The translations under genes and the position numbers were made by a program. Below the pieces are notes generated by a model. The model saw only the letters and a list, made by a program, of their open reading frames with translations, was not told the DNA's origin and made no database searches. Below are positions 38,467 to 47,017 of a DNA stretch of 64,000 bases, piece after piece (within the stretch, counting starts at the first letter, position 1; each line of letters begins with the position of its first letter). Origin of the DNA: Bacillota bacterium (GTDB taxonomy: Bacteria; Bacillota; Clostridia; Oscillospirales; Ruminococcaceae); the NCBI GenBank assembly GCA_023457355.1, contig JAEWLW010000054.1:28420-92419 (forward strand), written 5' to 3'.

Positions 38467-39336
38467 TTAAAATTCTTTATAAGTACTTTTTGAATAGTGA
38501 ATTGGAATAGGCTCTTTGGAATTAAATGGCACATCATAATAACCGTGAGCATTAAGTAAATCAACTATATCCTTCTGTGTAACTTTTGACTTAGGGCCTA
38601 TACAGATTTCTTTTACTATTTCTCTTTTAACTTTTGAAAAATCCATTTCTACATATGATACTATTTTCTTGTCGTTATTTATTCTAAATTGAGGCTCATT
38701 CAAAAAAATTTTAATATTTCCAACGACGCTTCCAAAATTAAAATTGCCTTTGTGAGCTGCATGTGATATTAATACAATTCTCCATTCTTTTTCTTCGCTA
38801 AAGCTATTATTTTTATAAAAGGGAAATTGTAACAAGAAGTCTCCTGGTTGTTCTAACGCCACATGACCTATGCCTTTTATATTCATTTTTTTAATGGATG
38901 TGTTAGCAGCACTTTTAATAAAACTGTTTGATCGATCCTTATCGTAATATTTAACTTTTCCAAATCTCAAATTACAAGGATATTGTAATTGTTGTAAATA
39001 TGTTTTGCTGAAACCAATGACTAATCCCTTTCCATCCTCAGCATATCCACGCCATTGACTTAATGTATCCTTATGTTCTGAAAAACATGCAGCATATATG
39101 TTACCGTGGAATTCTTGCTGTATCCATGTATTCCATGCATTCGTGGCTTCGAAGCCGAATTTAGACAATCTAGTCACGATTTCGCTGTTTACCTTGTCTC
39201 TGATTCCTATTACTTCTTCACAATCATTCGATTTAAGAACATCAGATAACCAAAGCTTTGAATGCTGGATGATATTTAAAAATGCTTCAACATTGCAATA
39301 GTGATATAATATGTCATCATCATTTTTTTCAGGCAT
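38467..39336 (-). CDS. DUF2971-like protein (cargo)
   Basis: LYHYC..LWLS..ND..ACFS..LSQWRGYA..G..IGF..V.Y..K..F.EEKEWR..I.IGPK; very AT-rich. Confidence 0.8.
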   Translation of the reverse strand: MPEKNDDDILYHYCNVEAFLNIIQHSKLWLSDVLKSNDCEEVIGIRDKVNSEIVTRLSKFGFEATNAWNTWIQQEFHGNIYAACFSEHKDTLSQWRGYAEDGKGLVIGFSKTYLQQLQYPCNLRFGKVKYYDKDRSNSFIKSAANTSIKKMNIKGIGHVALEQPGDFLLQFPFYKNNSFSEEKEWRIVLISHAAHKGNFNFGSVVGNIKIFLNEPQFRINNDKKIVSYVEMDFSKVKREIVKEICIGPKSKVTQKDIVDLLNAHGYYDVPFNSKEPIPIHYSKSTYKEF

Positions 39337-39373
39337 ATTTATGGCCTCTTTTCAAAATTATATACTTTATAAT

Positions 39374-39414
39374 AACCGCCCTTAGCTTGAAATTCAATGC
39401 TTAGGGCGGTTTTT
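39374..39414. terminator. Stem-loop between repressor and cargo gene
   Basis: AACCGCCCT..AGGGCGGTT inverted repeat. Confidence 0.6.
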
Positions 39415-39867
39415 CTACTTATTGTTCAATTGTTCAATCTGTTTTTGCATCTCCTGCATTTTGGCTTCGGTTTCAGCCCTGAACCTGTCCATAGCCTCCC
39501 TAATCTCAAGGACATTGCTGTTTCCTAACATTTCGCCATCAATCTCATCTTCGCTTCTTTGATCGTCAAAGTACTCTTTACAGCAAATGTCATCCATAGA
39601 AACGTTGTAAAGATAAGAAAGCTTTATAAGTGTTTCCACGGTAGGCTCGTGCCTCCCGCTTTCATAGCCGCTATACGTCTGGGGAGACATTTTGAGAATC
39701 TCACAAACATCCCGTTGGGTCATATGAGCGTTTGTTCTTAAAAGCACTAATTGCTTACCTATCATCACAGTACGGTCTTTGGGTGTAATGCCAAGTTGCA
39801 AATACATTGCAAATTCCTGACTAATTGCAGCGCCTAATCCCCAATCATCATTTGTCAATTTCTCCAT
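39415..39867 (-). CDS. Cro/C1-type HTH repressor
   Basis: LRTNAHMTQRDVCEIL..TYSGYESGRHEP..LSYLYNVSMD; start at MEKL after GAGGTG RBS. Confidence 0.9.
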   Translation of the reverse strand: MEKLTNDDWGLGAAISQEFAMYLQLGITPKDRTVMIGKQLVLLRTNAHMTQRDVCEILKMSPQTYSGYESGRHEPTVETLIKLSYLYNVSMDDICCKEYFDDQRSEDEIDGEMLGNSNVLEIREAMDRFRAETEAKMQEMQKQIEQLNNK

Positions 39868-40435
39868 CGCTTTCACCTCAACGCTATTATATATGATAAT
39901 CTCATACTTTTCAAGGTATATTACTCTTGGAATATTTAAAAAAGGTATTGAAAGTATTGCTTTCTCGTGGTATATTATTGGTATATCGTACGATGTATTG
40001 TTTTCTAATACAATTTTGATTCTATTCACCTAGGTTCGTGCACAAGCCTAGGCGGGTAGAGGGTATCCAAAACTTAAGAGCGAGCGTCCCACCTTGCCCC
40101 CTCTGATTGCTCGACGCGCAATGCGCGGTGAATGCGCCGCAGGCACCTTTAAACGCCTTGTTTGGTTCACTTGGGCTGTACTGCGAGTTTGGCGGCGCTC
40201 ACATGTCATGCCAAAAGCATACTCTACCTGATTGCAGCGCTCTTTTGCAACTGTGTTGGACATGCCAACAATGTACATTCGTAGTGCGGAGTATGGGCAG
40301 CGAGAGCGCCAAGGCTATCCCTTTTGCGTTTTTGCGCAAAACTTTGCGCAAAACGCAAAGGGAAGCCCGGCGCGGCGTCTCTTTACTTGACTAAATAACA
40401 TATTTGGATACCAGAGCAAAAAAGAAAGGAGCGTT

Positions 40436-41233
40436 ATGCGTTCAAGTCAAGCCTATTTGCACGACATAGGCATATTAAAAAATTTCAATAATCAGTTGTT
40501 TCGCCTTACCCATTGCAAAGCCATTCGAAACAGCGACTATGCTAAAAAGCATATTAAATTCGTTCGTAAGGGTGATGGCGGGTATGTTGACAAGCTGGAT
40601 TGCAGCATATCCCGCACAAAATCCCGAATTCGTGAACTGGCATTATGCAACCCTTGGGAATACTTTGTGACATTCACACTAGACGCAAAAAAATACGACC
40701 GTTACAATTTGCCCAATTATATTAAAGACTTAGGGGTATTTATCAAAAACTATAATCGTCTACATAATTGCAGCATCAAATATATTCTGATTCCTGAGCA
40801 ACACGAGGACGGCGCATGGCATCTACATGGCTTCTTTCTAGGGCTACAAAGCGAATTTCTAACGTTGTTTGCAAAAGACATGCATCTTCCCTACCAGATA
40901 CTAAAGAAACTGGAAAAAGGCCGCGCTGTATCCAGTTGGGACGCATACGCCAAAAGGTTCGGCTGGTGTACCTTAGAGCCTATAGAGGATACAGAAGCAG
41001 CCGCAAGCTACATCACAAAGTATATCACCAAGGATGTCGCACGATCTGTCACGGAGCTAAATGCGCACATGTATTATTGTTCCAAGGGCTTACAGCGTGC
41101 CGAGGTTCTAGGACGGCGGCAAATGCTTAAAAGCATCCAAAACCCCACATTTTCAAATGACTATGTTACGATCAAAGACTTCCACAACAAAGATGAAGCA
41201 ATAAACTATTTTTACGAGGTGTCATATGGATAA
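40436..41233 (+). CDS. HUH rolling-circle replication initiator
   Basis: Motif I FVTFTL, motif II EQHEDGAWHLHG, motif III YITKYITK, YYCSKGL. Confidence 0.88.
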   Translation: MRSSQAYLHDIGILKNFNNQLFRLTHCKAIRNSDYAKKHIKFVRKGDGGYVDKLDCSISRTKSRIRELALCNPWEYFVTFTLDAKKYDRYNLPNYIKDLGVFIKNYNRLHNCSIKYILIPEQHEDGAWHLHGFFLGLQSEFLTLFAKDMHLPYQILKKLEKGRAVSSWDAYAKRFGWCTLEPIEDTEAAASYITKYITKDVARSVTELNAHMYYCSKGLQRAEVLGRRQMLKSIQNPTFSNDYVTIKDFHNKDEAINYFYEVSYG

Positions 41234-41405
41234 AATCACTTTTACAGTCAAAGAAGCAGCCGAGATTATCGGCATCAGTCCAAGCAAAATGTATCAGCTT
41301 GTGCGAGAAAACCAAGTACCACATATAAGCTTGGGCAAGCGCACAGTCATTCCAAAACAAGGCTTTTTTATATGGGTCAATCAAGCCGCGACAGGAGGAA
41401 TTTAA
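41226..41405 (+). CDS. Excisionase/HTH_17 protein (59 aa, absent from ORF track)
   Basis: MDKITFTVKEAAEIIGISPSKMYQLVRENQVPHISLGKRTVIPK..; between rep and int. Confidence 0.88.
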   Translation: MDKITFTVKEAAEIIGISPSKMYQLVRENQVPHISLGKRTVIPKQGFFIWVNQAATGGI

Positions 41406-41406
41406 C

Positions 41407-42537
41407 GTGCGGGGGTCTATTAAGAAGCGCAACGGTGCTTATTGTATCGTCTATGACGCGGGAAAATATGCTGACGGCAAACGCCGCCAAAAATGGAAAT
41501 CGGGATTTAAAACTAAAAAAGATGCTGAAAAAGCATTGCGAGCGCTGATCGAAGAAGAAGAGAACAGTTATGTTAAAAAGCAAGAGCATTGTACATTAGG
41601 CGTATACCTCAATGAGTGGCTAAATTCATATTGTGAGGGTCGTTTGGCACGAAATACAATAAACGGCTACCGCGTGAACATTGAAAAACATATCATTCCC
41701 CACATTGGACAAACACCCTTATGTGGCTTGCAGCCGGAACAGATAGAAAAGCTGTATGCCCAGCTTCAAAGTGAAGGGCTGGCGGGTACATCGGTATTGT
41801 ATGTTCATCGTGTATTGCGTAAGGCGCTCAACACGGCGGTTAAGAGCCGTAAATTGAGGGTAAATGTCACCGATTATGTAGAAGCCCCTGCAAAGTCAAA
41901 ATTTCGCCCCTCTGTGCTACGTCAAGACGAGGTATTAAGGTTGCTGGAACAAGCTAAAGATACCGAAATATTTATACCTGTGCTGTTTGCCGTTACGCTT
42001 GGTATGCGGCGCGGTGAATCCCTAGGTATGAAGTGGAGTGACATTGATTTTCAACAAGGTACATTGCAAATACAACGCACAGCAACGACCTATAAAGGCG
42101 GCGTTATCTATTCCGATGTTAAAACTGCAAACAGCCACAGAACGCTTTGTATCCCGCAGCACGTCATGATTTATCTGTTAGAACACAAAGAAAAGCAGCG
42201 CTTGCAGGGAGAACGTATTGGCGAGGGGTTCAATTCCGGTGGCCTTATCACCTGCCGTGCGGACGGTAGCCCTGTAACCTCTAATATCTTGGACAAGGCT
42301 TTTAAAAAGGCGCTAAAGGCTGCGGAGTTGCCTAGCATCAGATTTCACGATTTAAGACATACAAACGCGACGCTGATGCTAAAGAAGAACGTACCCGCAA
42401 AGATTGTTTCATCCATGCTTGGGCATTCGAGCATCGGCATAACTTTGGATACATATTCTCATGTGATCACCGAAATGCAACAGCCAGCAATCAATGTGAT
42501 TGAGCAACTTTTTTCGGATAACGTGAGCAAACCGTGA
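41407..42537 (+). CDS. int: Tyrosine recombinase/integrase
   Basis: GFKTKKDA arm domain, GMRRGE, FHDLRH, LGHSS, Y in DTYSH. Confidence 0.96.
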   Translation: MRGSIKKRNGAYCIVYDAGKYADGKRRQKWKSGFKTKKDAEKALRALIEEEENSYVKKQEHCTLGVYLNEWLNSYCEGRLARNTINGYRVNIEKHIIPHIGQTPLCGLQPEQIEKLYAQLQSEGLAGTSVLYVHRVLRKALNTAVKSRKLRVNVTDYVEAPAKSKFRPSVLRQDEVLRLLEQAKDTEIFIPVLFAVTLGMRRGESLGMKWSDIDFQQGTLQIQRTATTYKGGVIYSDVKTANSHRTLCIPQHVMIYLLEHKEKQRLQGERIGEGFNSGGLITCRADGSPVTSNILDKAFKKALKAAELPSIRFHDLRHTNATLMLKKNVPAKIVSSMLGHSSIGITLDTYSHVITEMQQPAINVIEQLFSDNVSKP

Positions 42538-42573
42538 GCAACAGCCACAATTTTGATAAATTTCACATGGATA

Positions 42574-42621
42574 AAAAAAGACCGCTTACACTCTAAAAAG
42601 CTAGAGTTTAAGCGGTTTTTT
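42574..42621. terminator. Terminator downstream of tRNA and int
   Basis: AAAAAAAGACCGCTTA..TAAGCGGTTTTTT. Confidence 0.75.
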
Positions 42622-42622
42622 C

Positions 42623-42714
42623 TGGCGGAGAGAGAGGGATTCGAACCCTCGGTTGGGTATTAGCCAACACACGATTTCCAGTCGTGCGCCTTAGACCAGC
42701 TCAGCCATCTCTCC
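42623..42714 (-). tRNA. tRNA-Ser(GGA)
   Basis: GGAGAGATGGCTGAGCTGGTCTAAGGCGCACGACT-GGA-AATCGTG..GGTTCGAATCC..CCGCCA; long variable arm. Confidence 0.97.
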
Positions 42715-42820
42715 ATGACCGTTTTACAGGCACTTGCATATTATAGTGGTTAAATCGAAATTTGTCAATACTATTTTTTATTTGTGCCCTATTAGTCGAA
42801 ATAAATTCTATACTGTTCTG

Positions 42821-43159
42821 TTATTGCAATTGCGAATAGGAATCTCGATAAAAAACAAGCACCCAATATAACGGCTCCAGATCATCAAATCGTTTTGTCC
42901 TGAGTGCACTGACAATATCACCCACGGCCTGATATAAAGGCAACAATCCAAGGTTGCCCGCCACTCCTTTTAACGCGTGCGCACAATCGAATGCCTGATC
43001 ATAGTTTTGATCCTCAAGGGCCTTCCCCAGCGCTTCAAAATGATCATCCAGCATAAATTCTTTAAAGCAATCGATATAAAATTCTTCGTCGCCAAGAAAT
43101 CGCTCCATAATCTCTTCGATATCGGCGCCCTGTGTTCTGAGAATGTCCATAATATTCAT
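42821..43159 (-). CDS. Stand-alone Hpt phosphotransfer protein
   Basis: AHALKGVAGNLG. Confidence 0.92.
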   Translation of the reverse strand: MNIMDILRTQGADIEEIMERFLGDEEFYIDCFKEFMLDDHFEALGKALEDQNYDQAFDCAHALKGVAGNLGLLPLYQAVGDIVSALRTKRFDDLEPLYWVLVFYRDSYSQLQ

Positions 43160-43235
43160 GATACCGATCGCCCTTTCAAACTGTCACTTAAGCTGAATAT
43201 AAATATGCGGACATCTTGTAACGCCAGTAGCCGTG

Positions 43236-43676
43236 TTATTTTTCTTTTTTTGCTGCCAGTTGTTCTTCAGAGATCATGGGGATATGGTGTACCTCAAACA
43301 ATGCACAGGCTGCGCCGGGAAGATTGGTGCGAATAACCACAACGCCGTCACCCTCAAGCTGCCGCATAAAGGAATAAAGATATTCCACACAGATATTGTT
43401 TGCGCGCAATAGCTCCAGCAGCTCGGCCAGTGCGCCGGGATGATCAAAAAGCGGAATGGCAAACACATCGGTGACCGTTACGGCATAATGCGCCTTCCGA
43501 AGCAGTTCCAAAGCGGCGGCAGGCTCACTGACCACCGCGCGCAGCGTGCCTGTTTCACCGGTATCCACAAGCGTCGAAGCAATCAGGTCAATATTGTTTT
43601 GTGCCATCAGTGTCGCCCAATCGGCCAGCGCGCCCTTTTTATTTTCAATAATCACACTCAGCTGCTTGATAAACAT
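43236..43676 (-). CDS. Tandem ACT-domain protein
   Basis: KQLSVIIENKKG, DHPGALA..EYLYSF. Confidence 0.9.
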   Translation of the reverse strand: MFIKQLSVIIENKKGALADWATLMAQNNIDLIASTLVDTGETGTLRAVVSEPAAALELLRKAHYAVTVTDVFAIPLFDHPGALAELLELLRANNICVEYLYSFMRQLEGDGVVVIRTNLPGAACALFEVHHIPMISEEQLAAKKEK

Positions 43677-43698
43677 CGTCTTTCCTCCCTGTTAATTT

Positions 43699-44784
43699 TT
43701 ATAAATTATCCAATGGCTCAAACGTATAGGTGTGCGCCTGTTCCTCGCCACGGAGCACCCGCAGCGCACCGTGAGCCAATGCCTCCATTTCATTTTCACC
43801 CGCAAGAATTTTTACCGGGGCAATCCATTTGACCCGATGCGTCACTTCGGCAGTGAACGGCCGTGAATACGCAATGCCACCGGTGAGAATGATGGCGTCG
43901 ACCCGTCCGTTTACCACCGTACTCAATCTTGCAATATCTTTTGAGACGTTGAGCGCCATGGCGTCATAAACCAGCTTGGCGTATCCGTCCCCTTCCAAAA
44001 TGCGGTGCTCCACCTCGCGCAGGTCGGTTGTAACAAGGTGGTCCATCAAACCGCCCTGACGCTGAACCTTGCGCATCATTTCCTTGTAGGTCGCACCGCT
44101 ATTCATGCATTCGCCAATCACCTTCTGAACCGGCAAGCCGCCTGCACGTTCAGGCGAAAAAGCACCCTCATCATCCGAAATCATATCGATGATGCGCCCA
44201 TGGCTATGCAGCGATGAGGTAATGCCGCCGCCAAGATGTGTCACCACCAGATTAAGCTGATGGTAGTCCAGCCCGTTCTCGCGGGCGTAGCGCAGCGCAG
44301 CGGCACGCATGTTCAGGTTGTGCCCTTTCCCGAACCGTTTGATATTTTTTCGCCCGGTAATCCGCACCACGTCAATCATTTCGTCAACGGTGACCGGGTC
44401 GTAGATGTATGCGGGAATACCCAACTGCTCCGCGATTCGAAATGCCAGCGGCGCGCCAAGGTTCGCCGCGTGCTCAAGCACCGGCGCTTCCTCAAGCTGC
44501 AGCAGCATATCGCGGTTGACCAGATAAGCGCCGGATTTTACCGGCGGCAGCAGCCCGCCCCGCCCCACCACGGCGGATAAATCCGCCATGGGAATATCGT
44601 GGCCCGTGATGGTATCCACGATTTTTTCATAGCGCATAAGCAGCTGGTCAAACAGGCGATGATAATTTAACAGATCCTCAGTGGAATGCAAAATACTGCG
44701 CGACCACACCTCGTGTTCATCTTCATAGACAGCGATTTTTGTGGAGGTGGAGCCCGGGTTGATGGCCAAAACTTTATAACGCAT
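43699..44784 (-). CDS. buk: Butyrate (branched-chain acyl) kinase
   Basis: INPGSTSTK, GRGGLL, HLGGGI, SPERAG, GENEMEALA. Confidence 0.95.
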   Translation of the reverse strand: MRYKVLAINPGSTSTKIAVYEDEHEVWSRSILHSTEDLLNYHRLFDQLLMRYEKIVDTITGHDIPMADLSAVVGRGGLLPPVKSGAYLVNRDMLLQLEEAPVLEHAANLGAPLAFRIAEQLGIPAYIYDPVTVDEMIDVVRITGRKNIKRFGKGHNLNMRAAALRYARENGLDYHQLNLVVTHLGGGITSSLHSHGRIIDMISDDEGAFSPERAGGLPVQKVIGECMNSGATYKEMMRKVQRQGGLMDHLVTTDLREVEHRILEGDGYAKLVYDAMALNVSKDIARLSTVVNGRVDAIILTGGIAYSRPFTAEVTHRVKWIAPVKILAGENEMEALAHGALRVLRGEEQAHTYTFEPLDNL

Positions 44785-44807
44785 ATTCAGTATCCCCCTT
44801 TTAAAGC

Positions 44808-45716
44808 TTATTCGGGTGATGAAATGGCCGCAAGCGCCATTGAATACAGCTTTTCCTGTGCGGAAGAGCCGCGCGAGTTCAGCACAACCGGCACCTTTGC
44901 CCCGACAACCAGCCCCGCCATATCGGCGCCCGCCGTCAAAATCCAGCTTTTAGCCAGAATATTGCCACAGGCCATGGTGGGCGCCACCAAAATATCGAAG
45001 TCGCCGCAATAAGGGCAATCATAGTGTTTTATCCTGGCGATTTCACTGCTCATGACTAAATCGTAGGAGATGGGGCCGACCACAGCACAGTCCGGGATAT
45101 CGCCGTTTTGGTTCATTGCAACCAGTGCCTGGGCATCGGTTGTCTCAACCATCTTCGGATTGACCGTCTCAACGGCGCAAAGCACCGCAACGCTCGGTTT
45201 TTTGTAGCCAATATCGCGCAGCAGCGATACCGCGTTGTTGATGACATCGCGTTTTTCTTCCAGTGTCGGTGCAATCAACATGCCGCCATCGGTGATAATC
45301 ATCAGCTTTTTAGCGCCCGGAATGCCGAAAAAAGCAACATGGGACATCGTTCTGCCGGTATTAAGGCGGTTTTCTTTTTTTACCAGTGGCTTTAATACGT
45401 CGCGGGTTTCAATCATACCCTTCATAATAAAATCGGCGTTGCCCAGCTTGACCTGCTCAACCGCCAGCACACCGCATTCGGTGGGAGACTGTGCATCAAT
45501 AATTGAAAATTCTCCGGCAGAAGCGCCATGTTCAGTCAAAAATGCCACGATACCGGCTTTATCGCCGATGAGAACAGGCTCGGCAATACCCATCTTTTTA
45601 GCCGCCAGCACCGCCTCGATAACATGTGCATCCGCCGCGCCCGCTGCAACCACCCGCCGGATGCGCACAGCGGCCCGTGCCTTTTGAAGTACCGCGTCAA
45701 AATTCTCTAAAACCAT
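44808..45716 (-). CDS. ptb: Phosphate butyryltransferase
   Basis: IMKG, MSHV, GNILAK, GAKVPVVLNSR; adjacent to buk. Confidence 0.9.
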   Translation of the reverse strand: MVLENFDAVLQKARAAVRIRRVVAAGAADAHVIEAVLAAKKMGIAEPVLIGDKAGIVAFLTEHGASAGEFSIIDAQSPTECGVLAVEQVKLGNADFIMKGMIETRDVLKPLVKKENRLNTGRTMSHVAFFGIPGAKKLMIITDGGMLIAPTLEEKRDVINNAVSLLRDIGYKKPSVAVLCAVETVNPKMVETTDAQALVAMNQNGDIPDCAVVGPISYDLVMSSEIARIKHYDCPYCGDFDILVAPTMACGNILAKSWILTAGADMAGLVVGAKVPVVLNSRGSSAQEKLYSMALAAISSPE

Positions 45717-45801
45717 ATCAACACCCCATTCGGATATTTATCTGAGGGCAGAATCCTGCAAAAACTATGGGCAGAATTCCCCATGGCATTTTATAAGCGC
45801 G

Positions 45802-46014
45802 CTAATCAAAATCGTCGTCCAGGTCGTTATCATCGTGCGCAAACACTTTAACCGAAAGCACTTCACCTTCCGGCGCGCCGCAGCAAGGGCATGCACAAAG
45901 TCCGGAGCGCGAGGCCGAAAGTTCAAAATAAGTGCTGCAAACCCGGCAATAAAACAAGCCGATGGGTCTGAACCGGCGCATTAATTCGTCATATTGGCGC
46001 GCTGTTATTTTCAT
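45802..46014 (-). CDS. Small Cys-rich (zinc ribbon-like) protein with acidic tail
   Basis: CRVC..CPCC; RBS upstream; follows radC. Confidence 0.6.
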   Translation of the reverse strand: MKITARQYDELMRRFRPIGLFYCRVCSTYFELSASRSGLCACPCCGAPEGEVLSVKVFAHDDNDLDDDFD

Positions 46015-46026
46015 TCAATTTCCCCT

Positions 46027-46737
46027 TTATGCACGTTGAACCAGCAGGCCGGACTGCGCAAAAGAAACGTAATCGTCCCGCGCCACAATAATATGATCCA
46101 CCACATCGACCGACAGAATTTTCAGTGCTTCGGCGATGCGGCTTGTCACCCGGATGTCATCGTTTGAGGGCAGCGCAAAGCCCTGCGTGTGATTGTGCGC
46201 CAGCGCCACCGACGAAGCCGAGCAGCGCACCACAATCTCTATAATCAGCCGCATATCCACCGACACTTTTCCCAGCGAACCTTCGGCCACCAATGTGCAA
46301 TTTAACAGCTTTCGCTTTTTATCAAGGCAAATTAAATAAAGCTGCTCATTGTTTGTTCCGATAAAATAGGGGTGGATAAATTCGCCGAGCTTTTGCGGTG
46401 AATCAAGCACCGCACCGGCATCATTTTTATCTACGAGATAGCGCCGGGCAATGGCCGGTATCATCGAAAGCAGCGTTGCGCTCGTGGTGCCGATTCCCTC
46501 GACCTTTATCAATTCGCTGGGCGGTGCCTCCAGCACAGCGGAGAGCGACCCAAAATGCCGGAGCAGCCGGTGCGCAATCGGGTTGGTATCCGTGCGGGGA
46601 ATGGAATAAAACAAGATTAATTCAAGGATTTCATGTGGCTGAAAACCGTCCAGACCATCGCTCTCCAACCGCTTGCGCAGCCGTTCGCGATGCCCGGTGT
46701 GAACCTGAGACAAACCTTCCCCCTCCTTAAACCCCAT
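46027..46737 (-). CDS. radC: RadC/JAB-domain protein
   Basis: GHRERLR, HhH, AHNH..PS..D, DHIIV. Confidence 0.93.
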   Translation of the reverse strand: MGFKEGEGLSQVHTGHRERLRKRLESDGLDGFQPHEILELILFYSIPRTDTNPIAHRLLRHFGSLSAVLEAPPSELIKVEGIGTTSATLLSMIPAIARRYLVDKNDAGAVLDSPQKLGEFIHPYFIGTNNEQLYLICLDKKRKLLNCTLVAEGSLGKVSVDMRLIIEIVVRCSASSVALAHNHTQGFALPSNDDIRVTSRIAEALKILSVDVVDHIIVARDDYVSFAQSGLLVQRA

Positions 46738-46879
46738 GCCGATACAATGCCGGATGCAGCGGTATTAAACCGAGATATCATCTGAAAATATTATAGCCTA
46801 AAGCATCTGGAATTTAAAGAGTTAATCATGCGATATGCCGTGAATATTCAAGGTGTATGGCAATGTCAGCCACTCTTGT

Positions 46880-46972
46880 GGTATAATAGCCGCAAAGTGG
46901 CTATTATACCGGGTGGATGCGCAACGGATCGCCGCTTAACGGGCTGGTTACCCTTTGATGGACAACTATACC
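46880..46972 (+). repeat. Copy of dispersed palindromic repeat
   Basis: GGTATAATAGCCGCAAAGTGGCTATTATACC..GATGCGCAACGGATCGCCGCTTAA..TTTGATGGACAACTATACC. Confidence 0.85.
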
Positions 46973-47017
46973 GTGAATCGCCTCCACCCTACATTCATAA
47001 TAAAATGCGAGGACAAT

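Larger units (their letters stand above)
38303..42681. mobile_element. tRNA-Ser-integrated element with rolling-circle Rep (about 4.3 kb)
   Basis: Flanking att repeats, int, xis, HUH rep, repressor; visibly more AT-rich than flanks. Confidence 0.92.

Noticed and set aside
40048..40394. Protein-coding ORFs upstream of rep
   Set aside because: No RBS or motifs; the region is better explained as a structured origin.
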